This document shows, piece by piece, positions 1-9,882 of a stretch of DNA of 64,000 bases. The notes below the pieces were generated by a model, which had not been told where the DNA came from, made no database searches, and saw only the letters and a program-made list of their open reading frames with translations. Numbering within the stretch: position 1 is the first letter of the stretch; every line of letters begins with the position of its first letter. This DNA is from Bacillota bacterium (lineage in GTDB: Bacteria; Bacillota; DTU025). The stretch lies in the NCBI GenBank assembly GCA_050951805.1, contig JBMNJT010000008.1:1-64000 (forward strand). Direction: 5' to 3'. The position numbers and the translations under genes were made by a program.

Positions 1-330
1 CAAGCCGAACTTGCTGGCAGACCAACGGCAAATATAGAAGCACCCATAAAGGGATTGCTTGCCACATCCAGAAGCACGGATGCTTTACACTATCTCAGAG
101 CCAACAAGACAATCTATGCTGGCAACAACAACAGCTATGCGAATAACCTCTATCTTGATGGCAATGTGTATTCACTGAACTTAAACAACAACGGAACGGG
201 TAGCGTATCCCCTTTGCTAAATATTGCAACTCCTTTCCACGCAGTGGGCGGGCACATGACAAACGCAGAAATGGCTACCCTCGAAACCATTGTAGAGAAT
301 TACCTGACAAGCATTGGAGTGGTATTATGA
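1..330 (+). CDS. Phage-like hypothetical protein, C-terminal part (5'-truncated by window edge)
   Basis: Frame open from base 1 to TGA at 330; Asn/Thr-rich; overlaps next ORF (ATGA) in a tightly packed lower-GC block upstream of a lysis module. Confidence 0.5.
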   Translation, partial: QAELAGRPTANIEAPIKGLLATSRSTDALHYLRANKTIYAGNNNSYANNLYLDGNVYSLNLNNNGTGSVSPLLNIATPFHAVGGHMTNAEMATLETIVENYLTSIGVVL

Positions 331-536
331 TGGCGATAAAATTAACGAAAGCGAAAGCTGACAGTGTGCGTGGCAATTATCCGCATAACCATAGGCTTGA
401 ACCCATCAAGATAGGCAGTTATTACTATCTACCTGCATCTGTGCTTGAGATTACCGCTTATGATGGGACGCTGGACATACTGAACGATTGCCCAATAGTA
501 CACATAGAGCCAGAGGTGGAAGATGAAATTAACTAA
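327..536 (+). CDS. Small phage-like hypothetical protein
   Basis: 69-aa ORF, GGAG upstream, overlaps neighbours on both sides. Confidence 0.55.
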   Translation: MMAIKLTKAKADSVRGNYPHNHRLEPIKIGSYYYLPASVLEITAYDGTLDILNDCPIVHIEPEVEDEIN

Positions 537-819
537 TACTCACAAGCATTTCGTGCTAATGCTTTTGCTTGGCATACTCGCATGGGCGTTTGCGTATCTC
601 GGCAAGGCGCAGGGATTGGGATACTTCCCGAATATCGCTGCTGTGATAGTCACGATAGATGTGGAATATCGGCAATGGCAACGCAGCGGAAAGTCGTTCT
701 GGACACTCGTGAAAGAGCGGGGATTGGATAGCTTTGTCGATATCTTGGCTGGCAATGCTGGATTCTTTATCGGATACAACGTGCTGCTGAGACTGTTTGC
801 TGGCGGATGGATAGTATAA
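523..819 (+). CDS. Small membrane protein, putative holin
   Basis: 98 aa with about 3 hydrophobic segments, GAGG upstream, directly before an endolysin-like gene. Confidence 0.5.
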   Translation: MKLTNTHKHFVLMLLLGILAWAFAYLGKAQGLGYFPNIAAVIVTIDVEYRQWQRSGKSFWTLVKERGLDSFVDILAGNAGFFIGYNVLLRLFAGGWIV

Positions 820-1187
820 TGGCAAAACTAAGCAAGAACTTTGACAGCTCAGAGTTTGCGTGTAAATGCGGATGCGGATACGATACGCCAAATCCAGAGC
901 TTATCCGAATGCTACAGGTAGCACGTGACCTATACGGCAAGCCAATGCGCATCACAAGCGGATGCCGATGCATAAAGCACAATCGCAATGTGGGCGGAGC
1001 TTCAAACTCCGCTCATTTAGCGGGCAAGGCTGCGGATATAGCGACACCAACCGGAGCGGATCGCTATCTGCTGATCAAAGCTTTGCTCGCAAGCGGTTTT
1101 GGTCGCATAGGCATTAACTTTAAAAAGAGTTTCATTCACGCTGACATAGACGATTCAAAACCAAGCCCCACGATCTTTAGCTACTAA
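819..1187 (+). CDS. Peptidase M15A family Zn peptidase (D-Ala-D-Ala carboxypeptidase-like), putative endolysin
   Basis: Motifs NFxxxEFACKCGCG, ITSGCRCxxHNxxVGGAxxSxHxxGxAADI, FIHAD; ATG 819 overlaps the preceding TAA. Confidence 0.85.
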   Translation: MAKLSKNFDSSEFACKCGCGYDTPNPELIRMLQVARDLYGKPMRITSGCRCIKHNRNVGGASNSAHLAGKAADIATPTGADRYLLIKALLASGFGRIGINFKKSFIHADIDDSKPSPTIFSY

Positions 1188-1203
1188 AAAGGAAGAAACG
1201 CGG

Positions 1204-1390
1204 ATGCAGACGAAACTGATTGAGATTCAGGCAAAAACGGCAACTGTTTATTTTCTTGGCGATATTCACGAAGGCGCTGCCAACCATCAAGCTAAGGCTC
1301 TCGCGAAAGCTATTGACATTATTGCCAACGATTCTAATGCATACTGGATTGGCATGGGCGACTATATAGACGCTATCAACCACCGGGATC
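1204..1390 (+). pseudogene. Calcineurin-like metallophosphoesterase, N-terminal fragment cut at the junction
   Basis: GDIH and GDYID motifs present; GNHE and later motifs absent; unrelated higher-GC DNA follows 1391. Confidence 0.7.
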
Positions 1391-1498
1391 CGCTTTCTTG
1401 CAGTTGTTGGGCTGGCGATCCCGGGGTTTGTTGGGTGCGCTGCTACGGCGTTTGCGAGCTTGCGAAAGGCTATTGTCGTGCTGATGAGGGCATTCTAG
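1391..1498 (+). pseudogene. fliR: C-terminal fragment of flagellar export protein FliR
   Basis: Alternative frame reads RFLAVVGLAIPGFVGCAATAFASLRKAIVVLMRAF* (TAG 1496-1498), a hydrophobic FliR-like end at the usual position before flhB. Confidence 0.6.
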
Positions 1499-1584
1499 TC
1501 TGCTGTCTGGAGACCGTACATAGCCGGCAGAGCTGCGCTGGGCGAGTGGAGGAGCTCGAGGCCGGATTTGGGAGGTGAGGGCGA

Positions 1585-2649
1585 TTGGCTAAACCTTCTC
1601 ATGAGGACAGGACAGAGCAACCGACACCACGCAGGCGTGAGGAGGCGCGAAAGGAAGGGCAGGTGGCCCGGAGCGCCGACCTTAACGCCGCACTCGGCCT
1701 CATAATCGGCCTCATGATTCTCGAGTCTTCTTTCTCTTTTTTGGGGCAGACCGTGGCGAATTTCATGATCACAAGGATTGGCGGTCTGGGAAGCGCAGAT
1801 TGTTCTCAGGTGGGCGCAATGAGTTTGTTGATGGAAGGGATGATCACCTTCCTTATCGCTGCAGCGCCGGTCGCGCTTGGGGCGATGTTTGTGGGACTTG
1901 TGGTCAACCTTGCGCAGGTGGGGTTCATGTTTTCCCCAAAACTGTTGGTTCCCAAGTTCAGCAGGATTGATCCTATTAGTGGTTTGGGGCGTATATTCTC
2001 CAAGGAAGCCCTCGTGGGACTGCTCAAGTCGGCTGTGAAGGCGGTCGCTATAGGCTATTCGGGTTATCTCGCGCTGCGGACCATGATTCCGCAGATCACG
2101 ATGGCATCTTACATGGCGATTGACGAAGGGTTAGCTACTGCAGCAGACGCAGGGATATACGTGGTGAAGCAAATGTCCGTCTTGTTCGTCATAATCGGGG
2201 TAGCCGACTATGCATACCAAAGGATGGAACTGGAGCGGAATCTGCGCATGACGAAGCAGGAGCTGAAGGAAGAGATAAGGCAGCAAGAGGGCGACCCAAT
2301 GGTCAAGTCCAGGATAAGGCAACGCCAGCGCCAGATCGCGATGAGGCGAATGATGGAGGATGTTAAGACTGCGGATGTGGTGGTTGTGAACCCCACAGAA
2401 TATGCAGTGGCCCTTAAATATGACCAGGAGAGAATGAATGCCCCTGTTGTGGTGGCCAAGGGACAGCGTCTCATAGCCCAGCGAATCCGAGAGGTTGCGG
2501 AGGAGGCGGGAGTTCCTGTTGTTCCTAATCCTCCGGTTGCGAGGGCGATATTCAGCGCAGTAGAGATAGGGCAGGAGATTCCGCCCGAGCTGTACAGGGC
2601 GGTTGCGGAAATATTGGCTTTCGTCTACAGACTGTCAAAGGCCCGATGA
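1585..2649 (+). CDS. flhB: Flagellar export substrate-specificity protein FlhB
   Basis: DRTEQPTPRRREEARKEGQVARS start, EGDP motif, NPTE autocleavage site (NPTH variant). Confidence 0.97.
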   Translation: MAKPSHEDRTEQPTPRRREEARKEGQVARSADLNAALGLIIGLMILESSFSFLGQTVANFMITRIGGLGSADCSQVGAMSLLMEGMITFLIAAAPVALGAMFVGLVVNLAQVGFMFSPKLLVPKFSRIDPISGLGRIFSKEALVGLLKSAVKAVAIGYSGYLALRTMIPQITMASYMAIDEGLATAADAGIYVVKQMSVLFVIIGVADYAYQRMELERNLRMTKQELKEEIRQQEGDPMVKSRIRQRQRQIAMRRMMEDVKTADVVVVNPTEYAVALKYDQERMNAPVVVAKGQRLIAQRIREVAEEAGVPVVPNPPVARAIFSAVEIGQEIPPELYRAVAEILAFVYRLSKAR

Positions 2650-2664
2650 TTTTGGACGGAGGGG

Positions 2665-4767
2665 GTGGGAGAAATGGCTGACGGGCAAAGCGGAGGACGC
2701 ACGTTGCTGCGGCAGTATCTGAAGAGCGGGGACCTGTTGATGGCCGCCATGGTATTGCTCATCCTATTGATGATGATAGTTCCCATTCCGCCAATCGTCT
2801 TAGACGTGCTTCTCGCGCTCAACCTGGCATTCTCCCTCGGAGTTCTGCTGGTCACGATGTACATGACTGAACCACTGCAGTTCTCCGTCTTCCCGTCACT
2901 GCTCCTGTTGAGCACATTGTTGAGATTGTCGCTTAACGTCTCCGCAACCAAGCTCATACTTCTGCGTGGATATGCGGGGTCTGTCATAGACGCCTTCGGG
3001 AATTTTGTAGTCGGAGGGGACTACATCGTAGGCCTTATTATCTTCGTCATTCTCGTGATCATACAGTTCGTCGTGATCACGAACGGTGCAGGCAGGGTGG
3101 CCGAGGTTGCGGCAAGGTTTACTCTCGACGCCATGCCAGGCAAGCAGATGAGCATCGATGCCGACCTCAACGCAGGGATGATAACCGAGGAAGAGGCTAG
3201 GATGCGGAGGAGAAAGATTCAGCAGGAGGCTGATTTCTATGGCGCCATGGATGGTGCGAGCAAGTTCGTTAGGGGCGATGCCATAGCCGGGATCATCATC
3301 ATCCTGGTCAACATTGTCGGGGGGATAATCGTAGGAATGGTTCGGTTTGGGCTCTCTGGAGGTGAAGCATTTCAGCGTTACGCTCTGCTTACAGTAGGAG
3401 GCGGACTGGCGAGCCAGATACCGTCGCTTCTCATCTCCACGGCCATGGGGATCGTCGTTACTAGGACTGCGTCTGAGTCAGATCTCGGGCAGGAGTTTAC
3501 TTCTCAGATGTTTAGGCAACCAAGGGCGTTGGCCATCACATCGATATTGTTGTTGATTCTCGCGCTAATGCCCGGGTTGCCGAAAATTCCGTTTCTTCTT
3601 TTGGCTTTTGGAACAGGCTTTCTTGCCTATAGGGTGACAAAGGAGATCCATGAGGAAGAGGCGGCTGCGCGAATGAGGGATGTTGTGCCGCCGAAGCCCA
3701 AGACTGATGCGGAGGATGTTATGGCGTTGCTGCGAGTTGAGCCCATGGAGCTCAACTTCGGCTATGCTCTTATACCCCTGGTAGATGTGGACCAGGGAGG
3801 CGATCTCAAAGACCGGGTGGCAGCGGTGCGCCGCCAGATTGCGCTGGAGCTTGGAATCGTGGTTCCGTCTGTGAGAATACGTGACAGCATACAAGCTAGG
3901 CCAAATGAATATGTGGTCAAGATTAAAGGCGTAGAGGTTGCCAGAGGTGAGGTGCTCTCTGATTGCTACATGGCGATGAACCCGGGGACTGCAACAGAGG
4001 AGATAGAGGGCACACACACACGGGAACCCGCTTTCGGGCTTCCGGCGATATGGATACCGGCTGCCAGAAAGGCCGAGGCGGAGATGCTGGGCTATACCGT
4101 TGTTGACCCTGCCTCGGTAATAGCGACGCACCTTTCTGAGATCATCAAGGCCAATGCGCCTGAGCTGCTGTCGAGACAGGATGTGCAGAACCTCATTGAC
4201 AATGTGAAGAAGACGGCTCCCGCGGTGGTAGATGAGCTGATACCGGCACAGATGACCGTGGGAGAGGTGCAGCGAGTACTTCAGAACTTGGTGAGAGAAA
4301 GGATCTCCATTCGCGACCTTGTGACGATCTTGGAGGCCCTCGGCGATGCCGCAGGGACATATAGAGACATCGATACCCTAACGGAGTATGTCAGATCGAG
4401 AATGGCAAGGTCCATATGTAGCCAGTATGCACAGCCTGAGGGATTGTACGTTGTTACATTGGACCCGTCATTAGAGCAGCTGCTCTTCGATTCGCTGGAC
4501 GTTACTGAGCACGGCACTTACCTAGCTCCGGATCCGAAGGTATACCGGGCGCTTATCTCGAGCCTTGTTGCCGAAAGCGAGAGGATGGCATCAGGCGGAC
4601 TTCAGCCGATCGTCCTCACGTCGAGCGGCCTGCGTCCCCATTTCAGGCGACTAATAGAGAGAGCTGTGCCGCAGACGGTGGTCCTTTCGTATGACGAGAT
4701 TGCGCCGGAAGTGAAGGTAAATGCAGTTGGGATGGTGAGCCTAGGCAATGCGGGTGAAGAGGTATGA
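2665..4767 (+). CDS. flhA: Flagellar export gate protein FlhA
   Basis: RVAEVAARFTLDAMPGKQMSIDADL and FYGAMDGASKFVRGDA signatures; start may be ATG 2674. Confidence 0.98.
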   Translation: MGEMADGQSGGRTLLRQYLKSGDLLMAAMVLLILLMMIVPIPPIVLDVLLALNLAFSLGVLLVTMYMTEPLQFSVFPSLLLLSTLLRLSLNVSATKLILLRGYAGSVIDAFGNFVVGGDYIVGLIIFVILVIIQFVVITNGAGRVAEVAARFTLDAMPGKQMSIDADLNAGMITEEEARMRRRKIQQEADFYGAMDGASKFVRGDAIAGIIIILVNIVGGIIVGMVRFGLSGGEAFQRYALLTVGGGLASQIPSLLISTAMGIVVTRTASESDLGQEFTSQMFRQPRALAITSILLLILALMPGLPKIPFLLLAFGTGFLAYRVTKEIHEEEAAARMRDVVPPKPKTDAEDVMALLRVEPMELNFGYALIPLVDVDQGGDLKDRVAAVRRQIALELGIVVPSVRIRDSIQARPNEYVVKIKGVEVARGEVLSDCYMAMNPGTATEEIEGTHTREPAFGLPAIWIPAARKAEAEMLGYTVVDPASVIATHLSEIIKANAPELLSRQDVQNLIDNVKKTAPAVVDELIPAQMTVGEVQRVLQNLVRERISIRDLVTILEALGDAAGTYRDIDTLTEYVRSRMARSICSQYAQPEGLYVVTLDPSLEQLLFDSLDVTEHGTYLAPDPKVYRALISSLVAESERMASGGLQPIVLTSSGLRPHFRRLIERAVPQTVVLSYDEIAPEVKVNAVGMVSLGNAGEEV

Positions 4768-6025
4768 GGGTTCAACGATGAAAGAGGCCCTGGACAAGGT
4801 AAGAGCTGACCTTGGGCCGGAGGCGGTGATACTCGATGCTAGGCAGTGTAGGGCTCGAGGATTTGCCAAGGTGCTCAGTTTTTTCGGCATGAACCGGAAG
4901 CCGGCATTCGAAGTGCTGGCTGCTATAGATGGTGATGAGGCTGTCTGGGCGCCTAAGTTTTCGGTTGCGCTGGAGAGAGCTGAGCAGAATGAAGCGGAGA
5001 TCCGGTCAGTGAGCGCTTTATCTCAGTCGGATGGCGAGCCTTTGCCTGAGGGAGACGCCAGGCGGCGCGAGCCGGACAAAGGCGTATCTGAAGAATCGGG
5101 GCAGCCGGGGCGAGGAGATTTTACGCCGGATCGGCAGGGAATCGGCTTTGTTACTGAATCTCAAGGAGTGGATGCAACACTCAACGTGATCGCACGGGAG
5201 TCAGCGGTGAGGGCCAGAGTGTCAAGCCTGCCCCCGGAGATGGCCGCGGTTTATCAGTTTCTTGTCGAGGAGGATGTTTCCGAGAAAACCGCGTTCAGGC
5301 TTGCCAATGCAGTTGCGTCGGAGTGCGGCAATATCCCCGCTGAAAGCGACGAGATTCTGAGATGGGCTTTTGACGAAGTCGCCAAGATGGTTGATGTATC
5401 GGGCCCTATAGAGATAGTGAGAGGCCGCCGGAAGGTGGTGGCATTTGTAGGGCCTACGGGGGTCGGAAAGACCACGACCATAGCGAAGATAGCCGCGGGC
5501 GCTGCGTTGGTTGAGAAGGCGAAGGTGGCTCTGATAACTGCGGATACATACAGGATAGCTGCAATAGAACAGATAAAGACATATGCGGAGATCATCGGGG
5601 TTCCGTGGGAAGTCGTCTACAGTCCCAGAGACATGGAGATGGCTTTGGTGAAGCGCTCCGATGCGGAGCTAGTGCTGATAGACACTGCAGGCAGGAGCCC
5701 AAATAGTCCTACACGGATGTACGAGCTCAAGAGCATGATGGATGCCGCTTTGCCTGAAGAGATTCATCTGGTCTTGTCGGCGACGACAAGAAGGCAAGAT
5801 CTGGACAATCTCGTGGACCGGTTCGCCCAGGTGGGGTTCGACAAGGTGATCCTTACGAAATTGGATGAGAGTTCGACACTGGGGGCGATTTTCAATGTCT
5901 ATGCCAGGTCGGGCAGGCCCTTTTCATACTTTGCCGATGGGCAAAGCGTGCCGGAAGATATCCACCCTGCCACCTGCTCAGAGATTGCAGAGATGATGTC
6001 TTCCCATTGGCGGAAAACCGTATGA
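4748..6025 (+). CDS. flhF: SRP-type GTPase FlhF
   Basis: GPTGVGKTTT, DTYRIAA, DTAGRS, TKLDE; follows flhA. Confidence 0.96.
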   Translation: MRVKRYEGSTMKEALDKVRADLGPEAVILDARQCRARGFAKVLSFFGMNRKPAFEVLAAIDGDEAVWAPKFSVALERAEQNEAEIRSVSALSQSDGEPLPEGDARRREPDKGVSEESGQPGRGDFTPDRQGIGFVTESQGVDATLNVIARESAVRARVSSLPPEMAAVYQFLVEEDVSEKTAFRLANAVASECGNIPAESDEILRWAFDEVAKMVDVSGPIEIVRGRRKVVAFVGPTGVGKTTTIAKIAAGAALVEKAKVALITADTYRIAAIEQIKTYAEIIGVPWEVVYSPRDMEMALVKRSDAELVLIDTAGRSPNSPTRMYELKSMMDAALPEEIHLVLSATTRRQDLDNLVDRFAQVGFDKVILTKLDESSTLGAIFNVYARSGRPFSYFADGQSVPEDIHPATCSEIAEMMSSHWRKTV

Positions 6026-6072
6026 GCATGGGGTGTGAGCTCAGGTGAGAGGTACACGGAGGAGTTGACAAG

Positions 6073-6984
6073 ATGTCGGATCAGGCCGAAGAACTGAGAG
6101 AGGCAGCCAGCCGATTGCAGGGAAAGGAAAGCAGGCGAAAAGTCGCACGCGGTGAATCAGATGATACAACGAGAGTTGTGGCGGTTACATCAGGAAAAGG
6201 CGGCGTCGGAAAAACCAGCTTCGTTGTGAACCTTGCCATGCTCCTCGCCGACTTCGGCATGCGCGTGACAATACTCGATGCTGATCTTGGGCTCGCCAAT
6301 GTCGATGTTCTGCTGGGGCTGGCTGCACGCCACAATCTGCACCACGTGATCAAGGGAACATTGTCATTGGAAGACATCATTGTAACGGGCCCGAGGGATG
6401 TGCAGATAATACCTGGCGCATCAGGACTGCGTGACATCGCGGACATGGCGCCGGAAGATCGCAAGCGCCTCATAGAGTCGCTTTCCAGAGCAGTGCGCGG
6501 ACGCGACCTGCTCATCATCGATACCGCGGCCGGCATGTCCAGGACTGTGCTCGACTTTGTTCTGTCAGCCCAAGAGGCGATCGTCATTACAGCTCCTGAG
6601 CCAACGGCCATGACAGACGCTTATGCGATGATCAAGGTGATATCCCGAGAGAATCCCAATGCCATTGTCCGTATTGTGGTCAACATGTGCCACAGTCGAA
6701 AAGAGGCTGAAAATGTTGTCGAACAGCTCAGTCTCTTATCAGACAGATTTCTCGATTTCACATTTGATGCGCTAGGGTACATTCCGGTTGACCCTTCGGT
6801 CAGTCAGGCCATAAGACAGCGTCAACCGTTTGTGTTGGCTTACCCGTACAGCCCTGCTTCGGCAGCGATGGAATCAATCGCGCGACGGCTGCGGGGCATG
6901 CCCCAAGTGAACGAAGGCCAGGCCGGAGTGGGGCAGTTCATCAAGAGATTGTTAGGCGTTACAGCTCCGGACTATCTATTGTGA
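6073..6984 (+). CDS. flhG: MinD-like ATPase FlhG/FleN
   Basis: DQAxxLR N-terminus, SGKGGVGKT, DADLGLAN, PEPTAMTDAY. Confidence 0.95.
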   Translation: MSDQAEELREAASRLQGKESRRKVARGESDDTTRVVAVTSGKGGVGKTSFVVNLAMLLADFGMRVTILDADLGLANVDVLLGLAARHNLHHVIKGTLSLEDIIVTGPRDVQIIPGASGLRDIADMAPEDRKRLIESLSRAVRGRDLLIIDTAAGMSRTVLDFVLSAQEAIVITAPEPTAMTDAYAMIKVISRENPNAIVRIVVNMCHSRKEAENVVEQLSLLSDRFLDFTFDALGYIPVDPSVSQAIRQRQPFVLAYPYSPASAAMESIARRLRGMPQVNEGQAGVGQFIKRLLGVTAPDYLL

Positions 6985-6994
6985 GGGGGTTGCC

Positions 6995-7666
6995 ATGGAT
7001 TTTCCTCCTCTCAAACCAAATGCGAGAATAGAAGTAAGGATCAAGGGGTATGATGAGTCGCCCAAATTTGCCACCAAGGTAGAAGGGGTCTCGAAGTCAG
7101 GATATTGGATATATGCTCCGTATACGGATGATTGGCGATCTATGATCCGCAAAGGCGACGAGATTGAAGTTGCATATCCTTATAGAGGCGCGATCTATCA
7201 TTACCACTCAGAAGTAATAGGCGAATCGGGACGCAGAGTAAAGCTGCTGGAGATATCGGAGCCGTTGTTTGTCAGGCGCGAGCAGCGACGGGAGTTCGTG
7301 AGGGTCCCAATATTGCTCGATGTCCAGTACGCGCCGGACTGCGACGACAATGGTGAGGTTCAATGGGAGAGCGGTGTAGCTGTAGACCTAAGTGGTGGTG
7401 GGACATGCATTTTCCTTGCAGATCCTCCGTCATGGTTGAAATGTGGTGAGACACTCAACCTCATCTTGCCGATTGGACCAGACGGCGGCCCTTTCAAAGT
7501 GCCTGCTGAGATTGTAAGAATTGAGGAATCAGACAGGCCTGAACAGCCCGGGGTCAGCGTTGGTTTGAGCTTCATCGGGATTACGGATAGAGAAGAGACA
7601 GCGATAGTAAGGTTTGTTTTTGATAGGCAAAGAGAGCTTATCAGAAAAGCCATTGACCCGGAGTGA
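6995..7666 (+). CDS. PilZ-domain c-di-GMP-binding flagellar brake protein (YcgR/MotI-like)
   Basis: QRREFVR (RxxxR) and DLSGGG (DxSxxG) motifs; flagellar operon position. Confidence 0.9.
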   Translation: MDFPPLKPNARIEVRIKGYDESPKFATKVEGVSKSGYWIYAPYTDDWRSMIRKGDEIEVAYPYRGAIYHYHSEVIGESGRRVKLLEISEPLFVRREQRREFVRVPILLDVQYAPDCDDNGEVQWESGVAVDLSGGGTCIFLADPPSWLKCGETLNLILPIGPDGGPFKVPAEIVRIEESDRPEQPGVSVGLSFIGITDREETAIVRFVFDRQRELIRKAIDPE

Positions 7667-7672
7667 TACAGC

Positions 7673-8449
7673 ATGAAAGATGACTTCGCGCTGTGGCAGG
7701 AATACGGTAAGACGAATAGTAGCGCAGTGCGGGAGCAGCTTATCGTGAAGTACGTCCATCTGGTGAAGCACATTGTTTCACGCATGCCTCAGGCCGCCAT
7801 ACCAGGCGTAGACTACGATGATCTCATAGGATATGGAGTGCTCGGTCTCATAGATGCGATAGAGAGATTCGACATGTCCCGAGGAGTCAAGTTCGAGACC
7901 TATGCCATGACCAGGATACGGGGGAGCATCATTGACAACCTGAGAAGGATGGATTGGGCGCCACGATCTGTTCGTCACAAAGCCAGGCAGATAGAGTGCG
8001 CCATGGCCGATGCCGAAAGCGTTACGGGACGGCCTGCGACTGATGAGGAGATTGCGGACAGGCTGAAGGTAGATATTGATACCCTCCATAGGTGGACGTG
8101 GGAGATCAGCATGGCGTCATATTCATCCCTCGACGAGCTTATCGCCGTTGATGATGAACACAACGTGGCTACGCTCCTTGACTTCGTGTCTGACGATGGC
8201 AGCCCGGATCCTGAGATGATCCTGGAAAAGGATGAGCTCTATGACGCCCTTGCTGATGCCATCGACCACCTGCCTGAGCGAGAGGGTCTTGTGATCAAGC
8301 TGTACTACTTTGAGGAGATGACGATAAAGGAGATAGCCAGGGTTCTTGGCGTGTCAGAATCGCGAGTATCCCAGCTTCATACAAAGGCCATGATGAGGAT
8401 TAGAGTTGAAATAATGGAGAGCCGGGGTTGCCAATGTCAGCCCAGATAA
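7673..8449 (+). CDS. fliA: Flagellar sigma factor FliA/SigD (sigma-28)
   Basis: GLIDAIERFD, KFETYAMTRIRGSIIDNLR..DW, VSESRVSQLH. Confidence 0.95.
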   Translation: MKDDFALWQEYGKTNSSAVREQLIVKYVHLVKHIVSRMPQAAIPGVDYDDLIGYGVLGLIDAIERFDMSRGVKFETYAMTRIRGSIIDNLRRMDWAPRSVRHKARQIECAMADAESVTGRPATDEEIADRLKVDIDTLHRWTWEISMASYSSLDELIAVDDEHNVATLLDFVSDDGSPDPEMILEKDELYDALADAIDHLPEREGLVIKLYYFEEMTIKEIARVLGVSESRVSQLHTKAMMRIRVEIMESRGCQCQPR

Positions 8450-8806
8450 TGCCGGGAAGGGTGAGGAGGAGGCCGGCGCCTACGGAGCCGGCAACAACAA
8501 TCGACCGGCTGCACCCATGCCAATCTAGAAAGGGCTTGCGGTATGGGGGGATCTGTTTGGCAATCTAAAAGTCTATAGTCCGGCAGTCAAAGCTGTGAAT
8601 AGATTCTGATGCCCATGTCAATAATATACGTGGGCAGCGATGTTCGAACAAAACAGAATAACCATCTGAGCGGGGAAGGCGCGGTCTGCGATTGGGGCCG
8701 CGTCTTTCCTTTTATGATGCTCCCCGACTCCTTATTCCTCACTGTATTCAGAAAGCCGTTGACCAGGCCATGCCATGTGGACGCGAAATGCGAGTTTGGG
8801 GGCTGC

Positions 8807-9742
8807 TCAGTCGTTGCCCAAACTGGAGATGCCCTTCAGGTAGCGTTTTTGGAGCGATAGGAACAGGATTATTGGCGGAAGACTTCCCATCACAGCTGAC
8901 GCAAAGAGATTTGCCCAATGGGTCTGATCGACAGAGATTTGCGTGGCTACTCCAACCTGAACTGTTCGATACTTAGGGGAGAATGCCGCGATCAACGGCC
9001 AAAAGAGTGAATTCCATTGAAACAAGAACATCATCACTGCGGCAGTGGCGACAGCAGGCATCGAGATTGGCATTACGACCTGCCAGAAGATTCGCGGCCA
9101 TGATGCTCCGTCAGCGCGTGCGGCATCTAGCAATTCGGAAGGTATCTCTTGATAGAATTGCTTGAACATGAATATGACAAGTCCATTGCCTACGGCTGGG
9201 AGTATCAGAGCTGCGCGGGTGTTTATCATTCCCAGATCGCTGATTACCTGATGGAGCGGTATTACGATCGTGTCGAACGGTGCCATGAACGTGATCAGAA
9301 CGACAATGAACACCAACCATTTGCATGGGAAGTCAAACTTGGCAAGGGCGAATCCGGCCATTGAGTTGACGAGGAGGCCGAGCGCAACGGTTATGGTGGA
9401 TACAAGTAGTGTGTTTGACATGGCTTGTCCGAAGTCGAGTTCGGCAAAGATATTGACGAAGTTCGCAATGCCGAGCTCATCAGGGAAGAAGGTTCGCCAT
9501 GAGATCGGCGTGGCGTACTGATAAAGAGAACCTGCCGGCCTCAATGATGATGCGACAACCCACCACAGAGGCACAAGATAGATGATGGCTACAGCCAGCA
9601 TCAGGATTTCCTTGGAGATTGACGCCAATGCCTTTCCTGTGCTCAGTTGGGGCACAAAGTCCACGCCATCTCTGTTGCGCCTAAAAGAAATGGTCCTTCC
9701 GGCACGTGGTCCAGCAAGCTTATCGCTTTTTCTGCTACGCAT
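8807..9742 (-). CDS. Carbohydrate ABC permease (MalG-like)
   Basis: EAA loop ELLDAARADGAS, multiple TM helices; start uncertain. Confidence 0.92.
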   Translation of the reverse strand: MRSRKSDKLAGPRAGRTISFRRNRDGVDFVPQLSTGKALASISKEILMLAVAIIYLVPLWWVVASSLRPAGSLYQYATPISWRTFFPDELGIANFVNIFAELDFGQAMSNTLLVSTITVALGLLVNSMAGFALAKFDFPCKWLVFIVVLITFMAPFDTIVIPLHQVISDLGMINTRAALILPAVGNGLVIFMFKQFYQEIPSELLDAARADGASWPRIFWQVVMPISMPAVATAAVMMFLFQWNSLFWPLIAAFSPKYRTVQVGVATQISVDQTHWANLFASAVMGSLPPIILFLSLQKRYLKGISSLGND

Positions 9743-9882
9743 TCAAATCAACTCCGATTATGGCATAAACCCTTTGCTGCCGCTGAGTAATTCTTGACAA
9801 GCCTCTGTGCAATTGTCAAGTTTGCGTTGCCGGTAGTTCGGGCATTGTGGCTCAATGGGCCAAGATGCTTCTTGCGAGTCGC

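Noticed and set aside
1-1498. Prophage integrated in fliR
   Set aside because: No integrase or att repeat is visible and the phage gene itself is cut mid-domain
1204-1578. 124-aa ORF as one real protein
   Set aside because: It is a fusion across the junction; the Cys-rich tail is an off-frame reading of the fliR end
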